From Dehalococcoidia bacterium (lineage in GTDB: Bacteria; Chloroflexota; Dehalococcoidia; Lucifugimonadales; UBA3495): a stretch of 64,000 nucleotides of DNA. The notes below the pieces were generated by a model, which was given only the letters and a program-made list of their open reading frames with translations, was not told where the DNA came from and did no database searches. The stretch spans positions 57,837 through 121,836 of the forward strand of contig OZ220699.1 of the NCBI GenBank assembly GCA_965116565.1, written 5' to 3'. Of the stretch, positions 48,016 to 57,738 are shown one piece after another. Each line of letters opens with the position of its first letter. Within the stretch, counting starts at the first letter, position 1. The position numbers and the translations under genes are program-made.

Positions 48016-49008
48016 CTACGAAAGGGCCTGCAGGCCCGGGATTATGGTCGTTCGGAAGGCGTCCACCTCGGCCCGCGGAATATCGTAGCCACCCTCCTGG
48101 GTGTGGGTGGGGAAGATGAAGACGTGATCGATGCCCGATTCGTCCCGGGCCCGCTTCAGCCTGGCCAGGCATTCCTCCGGCGTGCCAAACAGGCCGAAGG
48201 CGTCGCATATTTCGGCCGCGTGGGCATCGCTGATGCTCTCGGGGACGAAGTCGTCGGCAAGGTCGATGCCGGCTTCTCGCAGCCAGACCAGGTTGGAGTC
48301 GCTGGGGTATTTCAGGTACGGCTGGTCGGGCCGGAACCACTGCTGGGGGAAACGGCGGGCAGCATCGCCATCATCCGACACGGTGGTCGGGGTGATGAAG
48401 ATCGTCTGGAATCCATCGAGGCTGCGGCCGGCTCGTGACGCTCCGATTTCCAGCCGGCGGCGCGCCGCGTCGACTGCTTCAGGATGGAGTCCGACCAGCA
48501 GCAGAGCGCCGTCGGCGACTTCTCCGGCCAGCTCCACCATACGTGGACCGGCGGCGGTCATGAACACCGGGGTGGGCGGGTCGCTCAAATTGCGCAGACG
48601 GGTTTCGACGCCGTTGAACTCCACCGGCTCACCCCGCAGCAGCCGGCGGATGGTCAGCACGGCCCGACGCATGGCTTCCACCGTGGCGCGGGGCCGGCCG
48701 ATGTTCCGGACGGCCAGGTATCCGGGAGCCACGGTCAGGCGCGCCCGGTCCGGCGCGATCTCGTCCAGCGAGTGCGCCAGCGACGCCAGCACCATGGGGT
48801 GACGCGTCACCGGATTGGAGGTCGCAGGGTACAAGGTGAGGCGGGAGGTGCGCTCGGCGGCCAGCGCCAGGGTCAGAAAGACGTCGCGCCCGCTGTGCTG
48901 ATGATCGTGGACGCCGACGCCGGCAAACCCGGCGGCCTCGCATTCGGCGATGAAATCGGCGGTCTCGCGCACCGGCAGACCGACGGGCACCCTGATATCC
49001 ACTTTCAT
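48016..49008 (-). CDS. LLM family oxidoreductase (Mer-like, possibly F420-dependent)
   Basis: E.AGF...V.DH...RD....LA.AA..T.R, NPVTRHP, A.GPRM..LAGEVADG, GTPEEC. Confidence 0.85.
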   Translation of the reverse strand: MKVDIRVPVGLPVRETADFIAECEAAGFAGVGVHDHQHSGRDVFLTLALAAERTSRLTLYPATSNPVTRHPMVLASLAHSLDEIAPDRARLTVAPGYLAVRNIGRPRATVEAMRRAVLTIRRLLRGEPVEFNGVETRLRNLSDPPTPVFMTAAGPRMVELAGEVADGALLLVGLHPEAVDAARRRLEIGASRAGRSLDGFQTIFITPTTVSDDGDAARRFPQQWFRPDQPYLKYPSDSNLVWLREAGIDLADDFVPESISDAHAAEICDAFGLFGTPEECLARLKRARDESGIDHVFIFPTHTQEGGYDIPRAEVDAFRTTIIPGLQALS

Positions 49009-49017
49009 GGGGCACAC

Positions 49018-49944
49018 CTAACGTTCGGCCCAGAGATGGGCGAACCGGGCAGCGACCACATCCTCATATGCAGCATCGCCGTCCAGCAGACCGAGATTCC
49101 GGCAAAACTCATTGAGGCTGGATACCGTGTCCGTAGAGATTTCTGCGGTGTAGTAGGGAGCGTCCCGCCGGACCAGGTCCTCGATCAGCGCGGCCTCGTC
49201 GGATGGGAACAGCCGCTGGCCAATCTCCGCAGCGCGAGACGGATCATCCCGCAGCGCTTCCTGCGCCGCCACGACCGCGCGCACCGCTCCCTGGGCCGCG
49301 GCCGGGGCGTTTTCAATCAGCCGGTCGGTGGCGACCAGCGCCGCGAAGGTGTAGTCGCGCGCCGCCGACGGACCGACTTCCTGCCTCGGGTCCAGGACAA
49401 CTTTGCCGATTCCGTTGCGCACGGCGACCTCGGCCCCCATGGCGTTGGCCCAGAACCCGTCGATGGTTCCATCCTCGAGGGCCTGGGCGGCATGAATGCC
49501 GAAGGACACGCCGGGGTCGCCGCTGCCGGGTACCGGAGCCAGCGTCACATTGTCCCGGTCAGGATCCACGCCCACTTCGGCCAGCAGCCGGCGCAGGGCC
49601 GCGTCGGGTCCGGGGGCCGCTCCGATACGCAAACCCCTGATCGCCTCGACGTCGCCAGGTTGAACTCCCAGGTCAGCGTGCAACACCAGCAACCAGAAGG
49701 TATGCTGGGATAGAGCAGCCAGCAATTTGGCGCCCTGCCAGCCGGGGAAGGCCGATGGCGTGGCGTGGGCGGGACCGGCGACGAAATCCACGTTGCCGTT
49801 CCGCAACGCCTGCATGGCCCGCCCCACCGGAAATACCATCTCCAGCTCAGCGTCTATCCCCTGTTCCCGGAAGTAACCCAACTCCACTGCGGCGACTGCC
49901 GGGAAATAGGAGTTGGACACCAGGTCGGGTACCGCGATGCGCAT
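49018..49944 (-). CDS. NMT1/TauA-like substrate-binding-fold protein lacking a signal peptide
   Basis: P...A.ELGYF.EQGID.E, AL..G.VDF, ..G.RIG, AL..G.IDG; start MRIAVPD at 49944. Confidence 0.8.
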   Translation of the reverse strand: MRIAVPDLVSNSYFPAVAAVELGYFREQGIDAELEMVFPVGRAMQALRNGNVDFVAGPAHATPSAFPGWQGAKLLAALSQHTFWLLVLHADLGVQPGDVEAIRGLRIGAAPGPDAALRRLLAEVGVDPDRDNVTLAPVPGSGDPGVSFGIHAAQALEDGTIDGFWANAMGAEVAVRNGIGKVVLDPRQEVGPSAARDYTFAALVATDRLIENAPAAAQGAVRAVVAAQEALRDDPSRAAEIGQRLFPSDEAALIEDLVRRDAPYYTAEISTDTVSSLNEFCRNLGLLDGDAAYEDVVAARFAHLWAER

Positions 49945-50102
49945 TCGAGTCGTCTCCCGCCGCCGGGCCGGGTTTTGAGTCCGGGGCAGCGCCAAGTTTA
50001 CCACCGGTCTCGCACCCGTTATCCTCTGCGAACGAGCCACGGGTTGAGCGGGGAGGGGAAGCATTGGATGGCTCTGGCCCAGGCAGCAGCGTAGGAGCGC
50101 CC

Positions 50103-51191
50103 ATGAATACCTGGTACCGTCCCACCGGATTGGTCCGATATAACTCGTCAGGCTCAGACCGTGGATACACGCTCTTCTCGCCCAACGGCGGAGACGACGC
50201 CTACCTGATCGACATGGAAGGCAATTTCGTCCATCGTTGGTATTATCCCAGCGGCATCGCGTACGGTTTCCTGCTGGACAACGGGAACCTGCTTTTCCGT
50301 GATTCGGGAGCCAATCCGCCCGGGGCCGACCATATCCGCGAGTTGGACTGGGACGGTCGCCTGGTGTGGGAGCATAACGACCCCAGCCTGCGACGCCACA
50401 ATCGGCTGCCCAACGGCAACAATCTGATGCTGCTACAGCGCGACCGGATATCCGCCGACCTGACGCGCAGGGTTCGCGGCGGCTATGCCACCGCCAATGA
50501 CCCGGAGCAGATGCTTGGCGACCAGGTGGTCGAGATTGCTCCCGACGGAAAAGAGGTCAACATATGGCGCTCCGCAGACCACCTGGATCCCGCGATGGAC
50601 ATAATTTGCCCCCTGGAACGGCGCGACGCCTGGGGTAGCGCAAACGATCTGACCGCATCGCCCGACGGCAACACATTCCTGATCAGCTTTCGCGTCCTTG
50701 ACACCCTGGCGTTGGTGGACCGCTCGACGGGGGAGATCACCTGGAAGTGGGGGGCTGGAATCATATCCCACCAGCATCATCCCACTTACCTGGACAACGG
50801 CAACGTGCTGCTGCTGGACAACGGCTCGCACCGCCGCGGCCTCAGCTACTCCAGGGTTGTTGAGGTGGACCCGTCCACCAGCGAGATCGTGTGGCAGTAC
50901 CAGGGCCGCCCAATGGTGTCCTTCTTCACCCACTTCACGGGCGGGGCACAGCGCCTGCCCAACGGCAACACCCTCATCACCGAAGGTCAACAGGGCCGGC
51001 TTTTCGAGGTAACGCCGGCCAACGAGATAGTCTGGGAATACGTCAGCCCCTTCTTTGTCCCGTCCCAATGGGGGATGGCCAATGCCGTGTTCCGCGCCCA
51101 TCGGTACGGCCCTGATCATCCTGCTCTGCAGGGTCGGGACCTGGATCCGGACCGACTTGGCAACCTCAATCGACTGTACGGTGGGAGTTAG
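50103..51191 (+). CDS. ASST-family beta-propeller, second paralogue
   Basis: GYTLF, YLIDMEG, LL.NGNLL, HQHHP, GAQRLPNGNTLITEG, VFRAHRY; similar to 18245..19399. Confidence 0.85.
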   Translation: MNTWYRPTGLVRYNSSGSDRGYTLFSPNGGDDAYLIDMEGNFVHRWYYPSGIAYGFLLDNGNLLFRDSGANPPGADHIRELDWDGRLVWEHNDPSLRRHNRLPNGNNLMLLQRDRISADLTRRVRGGYATANDPEQMLGDQVVEIAPDGKEVNIWRSADHLDPAMDIICPLERRDAWGSANDLTASPDGNTFLISFRVLDTLALVDRSTGEITWKWGAGIISHQHHPTYLDNGNVLLLDNGSHRRGLSYSRVVEVDPSTSEIVWQYQGRPMVSFFTHFTGGAQRLPNGNTLITEGQQGRLFEVTPANEIVWEYVSPFFVPSQWGMANAVFRAHRYGPDHPALQGRDLDPDRLGNLNRLYGGS

Positions 51192-51263
51192 CAACGATCC
51201 ACGCACCTGATCACCCATTTGAGGCGCGTCAGTTTTCAGCACCAATTTCACGGAGGTAAAACC

Positions 51264-51677
51264 ATGTACAACAAACCGATGCTCAGCCTGGAACAGACCC
51301 AGAACGCCATTACGGCCATGATTGCGGATTTCAACAGGGATCCCGACCGGCGCAAGGTCGATATGGCTGTGGTGGACGATGCCGGCAACCTGCTGGCCTA
51401 CGCCCGCATGGACCGCTGCCTGCGGCCCACCTTCGCCATCCGCAAGGCCTACACCTCGGCGGTGCGCTCCATGGACACCGCCGCCTTCGCCGAGCAACTG
51501 AGCAGCACGGGCAGGTCGCTGGAGTCCTTCGGTGATCCCCAGTTGATAGCGATACCGGGCGGCGTCGCCGTGTTCCACGAGGGCGCGGTGGTCGGAGCCA
51601 TCGGCGTGGGCGGCTTGCCCAGCGGGTTCGACGATGAGGCCATCGCCAAGGCGGGGGTAGCAGCGTTGGGAATCTGA
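51264..51677 (+). CDS. GlcG/HbpS-like heme-binding family protein
   Basis: AVVD..GNL.A..RMD, A.RKAYT, PGG......G.VVGAIGVGG....D..IA.AG. Confidence 0.88.
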   Translation: MYNKPMLSLEQTQNAITAMIADFNRDPDRRKVDMAVVDDAGNLLAYARMDRCLRPTFAIRKAYTSAVRSMDTAAFAEQLSSTGRSLESFGDPQLIAIPGGVAVFHEGAVVGAIGVGGLPSGFDDEAIAKAGVAALGI

Positions 51678-51782
51678 CGGCGATGGCACGCTGCCTTTCT
51701 TTGCCGACCCCACAGGGCAACCGCCCCATACCCGCTTGCCCTGGCGTGTACAATCTGGGGTCGGCAAACGAGGAGGTCGCTC

Positions 51783-53045
51783 ATGGCTAGAGGATTGCTG
51801 TCCGGGGTTACGGTTTTGGATTTCACGGCCGCGTTTGTAGGGCCGTTTTGCAGCCGCATCATGGCGGACATGGGCGCGGAGGTGATCAAGATCGAGCGGC
51901 CGGTAGCGGACCAGGAAGAGCGGTTCACGCCGGAGTCGCTGCCCACGCGCAACGGCGTTCCGTATCTGCACCTGAACGGCGGCAAGAAGAGCCTGTGCGT
52001 GGACCTGAAGACCGACGCCGGCCTGGAGATCGTTCACGCGCTGGTGAAACGAGCCGACGTGTTCGTGGAGAATTTCACGCCCCACGTGGTGCGGAGCTAC
52101 GGGCTGGACTATCCCAACCTGCGCAAACTGAACCCTGGCATCATCATGTGCTCCATGACGGGCTACGGGCAGGAGGGGTTTGCGCACAATCCCGAGCACG
52201 TCTGCACCGACCCGGTGGCGCAGGCCGTCAGCGGCCTCAACTGGATCACCGGCGAGCGGGACGGCGCGCCGTACACCATCGGCGGCGGCATTGGCGACAC
52301 CGCCACCGGCATGACGGGCGCGATGGCCGTGGGATACGCGCTGTTTCACCGGGAGCGGACGGGCGAGGGGCAGTACATAGACCTGGCCATGATCGACAGC
52401 CTGATGTTCCTCGACTCGCTGGCGATGCCCCACGTGGCGGCCAACCACGGGGTTCCGCTGTACCACCGGAACGGTCAGCAGAACAGCTACACCTTCCCCA
52501 TGGGCATACTCAAGGCCAAGGAGGGTTATATTGCGCTGCAGGCGCTGGGGCAGGGGGCCGACAGCTCGTGGGGCCGTCTGTGCGTGTGCATGGGACGGGA
52601 GGATATGATCGAGGATCCTCGCTACCTGACGGACGACGACCGGGTGGAGAGACGGGACGAAATCGTGGGCATCATCGAGGAGTGGCTGCAGAGTCTGCCT
52701 GATGATGAGGCCGCGCTTCTGGTGCTGGCGGAGGCCCGGATCTCGTCGGGGCCGGTGCTGTCGCAGGAGGAGATCTGGCGGCATCCGCACTACAACGCGC
52801 GCGGGGCGTTCCAGGAGATTGGGTATCCGGAGGTCGGGCCCGTCGGCGTGGTGTCGCCGCCGTACCGCTTCTCGGCAACGCCGGCGGCGGTGAGCGGTCC
52901 CGCGCCGCAACTGGGGGAGCACAATTACGATGTGCTGGCTGAGCATCTGGAGTTCTCGGCGGAGCATGTGGCCGCGCTGATCGATGCCGGCGTGTTGTAT
53001 GAGTCGCCAGGGGCAAAAAGGCGGAGGCAAGCGGTCTCGGGTTAA
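51783..53045 (+). CDS. CaiB/BaiF family III CoA transferase
   Basis: L.G..VLDF...VGP, DMGAEVIKIE, GKKS...DLK, ADVFVENF.P, D...QA.SG, GD..TG, TGEGQYID. Confidence 0.92.
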   Translation: MARGLLSGVTVLDFTAAFVGPFCSRIMADMGAEVIKIERPVADQEERFTPESLPTRNGVPYLHLNGGKKSLCVDLKTDAGLEIVHALVKRADVFVENFTPHVVRSYGLDYPNLRKLNPGIIMCSMTGYGQEGFAHNPEHVCTDPVAQAVSGLNWITGERDGAPYTIGGGIGDTATGMTGAMAVGYALFHRERTGEGQYIDLAMIDSLMFLDSLAMPHVAANHGVPLYHRNGQQNSYTFPMGILKAKEGYIALQALGQGADSSWGRLCVCMGREDMIEDPRYLTDDDRVERRDEIVGIIEEWLQSLPDDEAALLVLAEARISSGPVLSQEEIWRHPHYNARGAFQEIGYPEVGPVGVVSPPYRFSATPAAVSGPAPQLGEHNYDVLAEHLEFSAEHVAALIDAGVLYESPGAKRRRQAVSG

Positions 53046-53127
53046 GACCGCATCGGCGCTTCGAGATCGAAGCTGAGGCGCATTTCGCCGCCGGCGCGCC
53101 GGGCTTCGCGGCCAACGTTCGATATTT

Positions 53128-53379
53128 TTGGTCCTCGCACCTGACCTTCCAGATTTTCTCCACGAGCGTTCAGATGAACGGCGGCAGGAAGCCGGCGACC
53201 GCGAGCTGAGCCGCCAATGTTTCCTGGACGCGCTGCATACTTCGGAGGCTATCGACATCGACGGCTTTCGTCTCCAATATGGCCCCGGAGACAAGCAGGG
53301 ATCGGATACGGTTTTCCAGACCGCCATCGGCGCCGACGGAGGGTATCGCCAGGTCGAAAACCTGAACACAACGAACTGA
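53128..53379 (+). pseudogene. C-terminal fragment of an ABC substrate-binding protein
   Basis: R..FLDAL....ID.DGF.L.YGPGD.QGSD.VF.T.I..DG.Y resembles a LivJ-type C-terminus; no N-terminus. Confidence 0.5.
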
Positions 53380-53798
53380 GGGCTACGTGGCACGCCGTGC
53401 GTCGTTTCAGATCCAGCCTTCGTAGGTTACGAAATTCGTAATATCGAGCTGCGCCTCATGGCGATAGATCCGTCCAGCGCACATTGGTCGATAGCCAGTT
53501 CACATTACAGGGGACCGTTCGCGAGTTCGCCGCATCACCATTCCTCACGCAGCGCCATGCCAAACGCGACGGGCCGATTTCGGGTCGTCGCCAGTCATTC
53601 CGGCGCGTCTACGGGGTGATACCGAGGGCTCGGTTTTAGTGAGATCAGGCGGTCTCGATGGAGTGTTTTCGGGGGCTCACCGGACGTTTTCGAGGGCTCG
53701 ACCAGGGGTTTTGGGGGTGTCGATTTTGCTAATTGAGACAACCTCGACGGGTAGATTTCGGGGCCTAAGCATGTCATGCAGAGCATCGATGAGTGTCG

Positions 53799-54032
53799 TC
53801 ATGCACGCCGGTGAGGACGCCGATGATAGAACGCCGACGCCACCAACGTCAGCATCTTGTCGCCGGCATTCGCCCGAGCCGGCGTGTCCCCCAGGTCAAC
53901 GCAATGGTCCACCGGTTCGCCCAGCGCCAAATGATGGGCCAAAGCGGCCGGCAGGGTCAGCCCGGCACTGGCTATCAGGCCGCGGCTGTCAAAGGCGACA
54001 TGGATGCGGTCGGGGGACGCAAATGGTAGCAT
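53799..54032 (-). mobile_element. IS1380-family transposase N-terminal remnant
   Basis: PDRIHVAFD...LIASAGL.LPA.LA.HL.L...VD..VDLG..PARANAGDKMLTLVASA, then truncation. Confidence 0.7.
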
Positions 54033-54177
54033 CTGCTGACCGCTCCTCCTGTTGAGTCGGGGGGCCGGTCTGACAGTGCCGAGCCGCGGGACCGCCGGTG
54101 TACGGCAACAGTATCCAACTTATGTCAAAATGGCCCATGTCTATTCGCGCGTCTGCGCTTACAGGAGGAGAGTGACC

Positions 54178-54738
54178 ATGCAATACATTCACCGTATGGA
54201 ATGGATAGCTTATGGATTACTTGTAATTGTTGTGTTGGCCGTATCCCTGCCACTGTTCCCGTATAGATGGCACACCTTCCTGCACATCGCCGGCGCGGTG
54301 GTCTTCCTGGGGAACATCATCGTCACCGGCGCATGGATGCTGATGGCGGAGCGCACGCGGAACGTCAATGTCATCCATTTCTCCGCAAAGGCCGTGATCC
54401 GCGCCGACCTGCTCTTCACCCTGCCTGGTGTGCTCCTGGTGCTGATGAACGGGTTGGTCATGGTGTTCGACCGCTGGGGAGGGCGGGACGCGATTTACCA
54501 GTTGTCATGGATCAGCGTCGCCCTGGCGCTATTCACCGCGTCCGGCATTATATGGGTGGGACTGCTCATCCCCGCTCAACATCGCATGGTCGTATTCTCC
54601 GACCCGTCGGTCCACCCGGACTCGCTGCCATCGGAATTCACCCCGGCGCTCCACAGGTGGTACTTCTGGGGGGCGATTGCGATAGCCCTGCCGATCGGCT
54701 CGCTCTACCTGATGGTCACCAAGCCGGCGTTCGGGTAG
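54178..54738 (+). CDS. DUF2269-family integral membrane protein
   Basis: FLHI.GAVVFLGNI, AD..FTLPG, W...AL.LF..SG.IW...L.P.Q.RM, W..WG.IA, LMVTKP. Confidence 0.8.
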   Translation: MQYIHRMEWIAYGLLVIVVLAVSLPLFPYRWHTFLHIAGAVVFLGNIIVTGAWMLMAERTRNVNVIHFSAKAVIRADLLFTLPGVLLVLMNGLVMVFDRWGGRDAIYQLSWISVALALFTASGIIWVGLLIPAQHRMVVFSDPSVHPDSLPSEFTPALHRWYFWGAIAIALPIGSLYLMVTKPAFG

Positions 54739-54742
54739 GGGG

Positions 54743-55066
54743 TTGAGGCGGACGGCGATGCCGGATGGTGTCAGCGCCACGTTGGGGATGGCGCTGGTGG
54801 ACGACGTCGCCGGGACGCCGCGGCACGCCAGGCAGACGGTGGTCGCACAGCTATTGGCGCGGGGGCAAGCTTGGCAACGGCGGGGGCAGGCTCTGCCGTT
54901 GGTGGTTCGGGCGAAGGTGAGGGTGGTGGAGTCGAGCATTGCCACGTTGGAGAGCGAGTTGGTGGGCAAGCGGGTGTTGCGCGACGGCGGGACGGTGGGT
55001 GAGTGGATGGCACCGCAGATAGGCGAGGCGTACGGGACTGGGGGATGGCAACGATGCCGACGCTAA
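54743..55066 (+). pseudogene. Degenerate phage-type hypothetical gene fragment
   Basis: QAW..R.QAL.LVV.AK...VES.I.T.E.E.....VL.DG.TVGEWMAPQI..AY resembles the C-terminus of a phage-associated protein family (recognised from memory). Confidence 0.4.
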
Positions 55067-55189
55067 GCACCGACGATCACACAGCACACGATGGCAGACT
55101 TCCGTTCAAAGTCTGCCATTTCCAGAATGGGCCAGCACGTTTTTGTCGCACGGCCGAATGCCTTCGTGGCATCCGCCGACGCTTTGAGT

Positions 55190-56200
55190 TCACTTAGCGA
55201 TTTGAGACCTCACATATTCCCCCAGCGCGAGCACCGCGACGACGACGAATGGGACGACCAAAAAAGGATCGCCCCCGAGGGATGTACCGTCAATGGCACG
55301 TGTCAGCACCTGGTAGGCGCCGAAAGTTGTAGATGTCACGGCCGCCCAAGTAGCCATGATAGTGTAGGTGCTCCAAAAACGACCGTCAGCTATCTCCCTT
55401 GCAGTTAGCCATAACAAGTCCCAATTTTTCCACGCGGTTACATATAATCCTGCTGCCAAGGACGCCGAGAGACCGAGCATTTGAGTTAACTCGGTCCGGT
55501 CGAACGCTATCGCCAAGACGGCAGTGGCTCCCAGGATGAGCAAAACATAACCCACCTTGAATATGGTCAACCCTCCCCACCTCAGCAAGGAGTAGGTTAC
55601 GAGCGCGCCGAACAAATACGAGCCAATCACACTTAGGTCAAGCAATACGAAACCTTCGACACGCCAACCGCGTTGGGCAAGCACAACGATTCCCATAACC
55701 AGGGGAGCCAATAATAGAAGAGCGACTGAGAACCAATAACGCATTATGTGCCGCTTCAATCGGTAACGCTGCCAAGCACGGCGGTGTTCATCCGATACGT
55801 AAAAACCGTAGGCTTCGACGATGGCAGCCAAGAGTTCTCCGTTGCGTAGATACGCTCTTTCATCCAACGGCCGTCGCGGGGTCCGACCGATCCACGCCTC
55901 AAAACCATCGCCAGAGGTAGCCCAGAAGACGGAGTAGCCATCCAGCTCCCGGGCTACATCGCTTGGAATAGGCTGCGACAGATATGCCAATTCAATCGTT
56001 GTCGTTTTAGCCGATGGCCATTCGCGTAGCGCCAAAAGTTCCGTGAAAGTTTCAGGATCCAAAACTGATCCTGAGACACCGGCCTTCGCAAAGGCGTTAG
56101 ACGCACCAATGGCTGTCGCGAAAACGCGGATTACGGCGTTTCGTGCGTTGGGATCCAACTCGCGGATGGACGATTCATCACGGTCGTGCGTCGTATCCAT
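55190..56200 (-). CDS. Hypothetical protein: soluble N-terminal domain plus multi-pass membrane C-terminus
   Basis: 336-aa ORF, lower GC, about 6 hydrophobic helices in the C-terminal half. Confidence 0.65.
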   Translation of the reverse strand: MDTTHDRDESSIRELDPNARNAVIRVFATAIGASNAFAKAGVSGSVLDPETFTELLALREWPSAKTTTIELAYLSQPIPSDVARELDGYSVFWATSGDGFEAWIGRTPRRPLDERAYLRNGELLAAIVEAYGFYVSDEHRRAWQRYRLKRHIMRYWFSVALLLLAPLVMGIVVLAQRGWRVEGFVLLDLSVIGSYLFGALVTYSLLRWGGLTIFKVGYVLLILGATAVLAIAFDRTELTQMLGLSASLAAGLYVTAWKNWDLLWLTAREIADGRFWSTYTIMATWAAVTSTTFGAYQVLTRAIDGTSLGGDPFLVVPFVVVAVLALGEYVRSQIAK

Positions 56201-56480
56201 GGGGTGGTCGGATTCGTTAAAAGAGTGCGGTTTTTGGTTGATAACTTCGTTCCTACAGCTGCTATTGTGGTTTCGTCAGCCGTGGTTTTAGCTCTCAATT
56301 TGCACGTCGCATCAAACGACATGATCTTGGCAGAGATTGTACCAAAATCGGCCAAATTTCACGCTCTGGCCTTGCGCCGGGCACTCCATCAAGCACATCG
56401 CCAGCAGCAGGTCGGCGACAAGATGGCAGAGTTGCTAATGAACTGTGCCATCGCCGGACTTGGTGGATTCAGTGGGCGCC

Positions 56481-56850
56481 ATGACCAACTTCGCTGACCG
56501 GACGATTTGGACCGGGGACAATCTGGACATCCTGCGCGGGCTGAACTCTGCGTCGGTTGACCTGATTTACCTGGACACGGCGTTCGACTGCAACCAGGAC
56601 TGCGCCGCGCCGGTGGGCAGCGCTGCGGCCGGCGCCGTCTTCAAAGACACCTGGACAAGGATGCCTGACCAGGACACGTGGACGCTGTCCGATCTGGACG
56701 TGGCGTGGATAGGGCTGATCGCCGACGAACAGCAGGCCATTCACAAGGTCCTCGACACCGCCGGGTTGTCTCACCGCAAACCCATGCAGTCGCACCTCTG
56801 CGAGCCACTACCTGAAGCTGCTCATGGATGCGGTGTTCAGTCTGTTAGGG
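56481..56850 (+). pseudogene. Decayed beta-class DNA methyltransferase
   Basis: NF..RTIWTGDNLDILRGLNS.SVDLIYLD(TAF in place of PPF); duplicated DTWT; frameshifted ASHYLKLLMDAVF after an internal deletion. Confidence 0.8.
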
Positions 56851-56950
56851 GTCCCGCTGAATCTCCGCCGCCTTGCGTGGCAGCGGGCGGAAAGGACAGC
56901 GGATGGTCGTGCGGCGTCATGGCTTGATGGGACGGTGGCGGGCGCCTACC

Positions 56951-57598
56951 TCAGCCGCTCCCCTCGCCCGTCTCCTTGTAGGCGTACACGGCGAACAGCG
57001 GGTCCCCCGGCGGCGCCATGTCGGGGTTGGCCAGCCCGCCGCGCACTCCGTTGAGCCCGCCGGCGTGGAGCATATACTGCCCCACCAGTTCGATGTGGTC
57101 CTCGTCGTTGGTGGAGCGCCACACGCGCACCGCCTTGGTCGGGAAGCACCGGTTCGAAAACGTCACGATGAAAACGCCGCCCGGCCTCAGGATTCGCGAC
57201 ACCTCCGAGAACACGTCCACAGGGCGCGTCAGGTACTGCACCGACACCGTGATCACCACCGCGTCAAATGATTCGTCCTCAAACGGCAGCCCGGGATCGA
57301 CGTTGATGTCCTTCAGCAGGTACTCGTTCAGGTGCGGGTTGTCGGCCATCTCAGCGGCGTTCATCCCCAACCCCACAATGCGCTGGCGGGGATGCTCCTC
57401 AGGCCAGTGCGTCCGCCAGCTGCTCATCAGGTCCAGCACCTCTGCGTTCTCCGGAATCAACTGCTGGAACAGCCGGCCCACCGCTATGATCGCCCCGTCG
57501 TCGATGTGCACCACCAGGCGGGGCATTGTGTAAAACTCGGCGTCGTTACTGTCGTCCTCCCGCTGGAAGAACTCCGGCGGAAAGCGCTGCGGATCCAT
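56951..57598 (-). CDS. Class I SAM-dependent methyltransferase
   Basis: D.EFY..PRLV.HID, VLDLMSSW..H, GLGMN..EM..N, LPF.D.SFD, VSVQYL..P, FSNRCFPTKA. Confidence 0.88.
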   Translation of the reverse strand: MDPQRFPPEFFQREDDSNDAEFYTMPRLVVHIDDGAIIAVGRLFQQLIPENAEVLDLMSSWRTHWPEEHPRQRIVGLGMNAAEMADNPHLNEYLLKDINVDPGLPFEDESFDAVVITVSVQYLTRPVDVFSEVSRILRPGGVFIVTFSNRCFPTKAVRVWRSTNDEDHIELVGQYMLHAGGLNGVRGGLANPDMAPPGDPLFAVYAYKETGEGSG

Positions 57599-57663
57599 CG
57601 TCAAACCCAACCTCCTGATCAGGCCAATCCGGCCCCCCAATGGTGGCAATAACATTCAGCGGC

Positions 57664-57691
57664 GTAGGGGCGAATAATCATTCGCCCCTAC
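57664..57691. repeat. GTAG...CTAC REP-like palindrome
   Basis: gtaggggcgaat-aatc-attcgcccctac. Confidence 0.75.
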
Positions 57692-57738
57692 CAATCTCCA
57701 ATCCTGTCCATCCCGTGCATCCATTTGACAACCGGACT

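Noticed and set aside
53793-54029. Plus-strand 78-aa ORF
   Set aside because: Antisense of the IS1380 transposase remnant.
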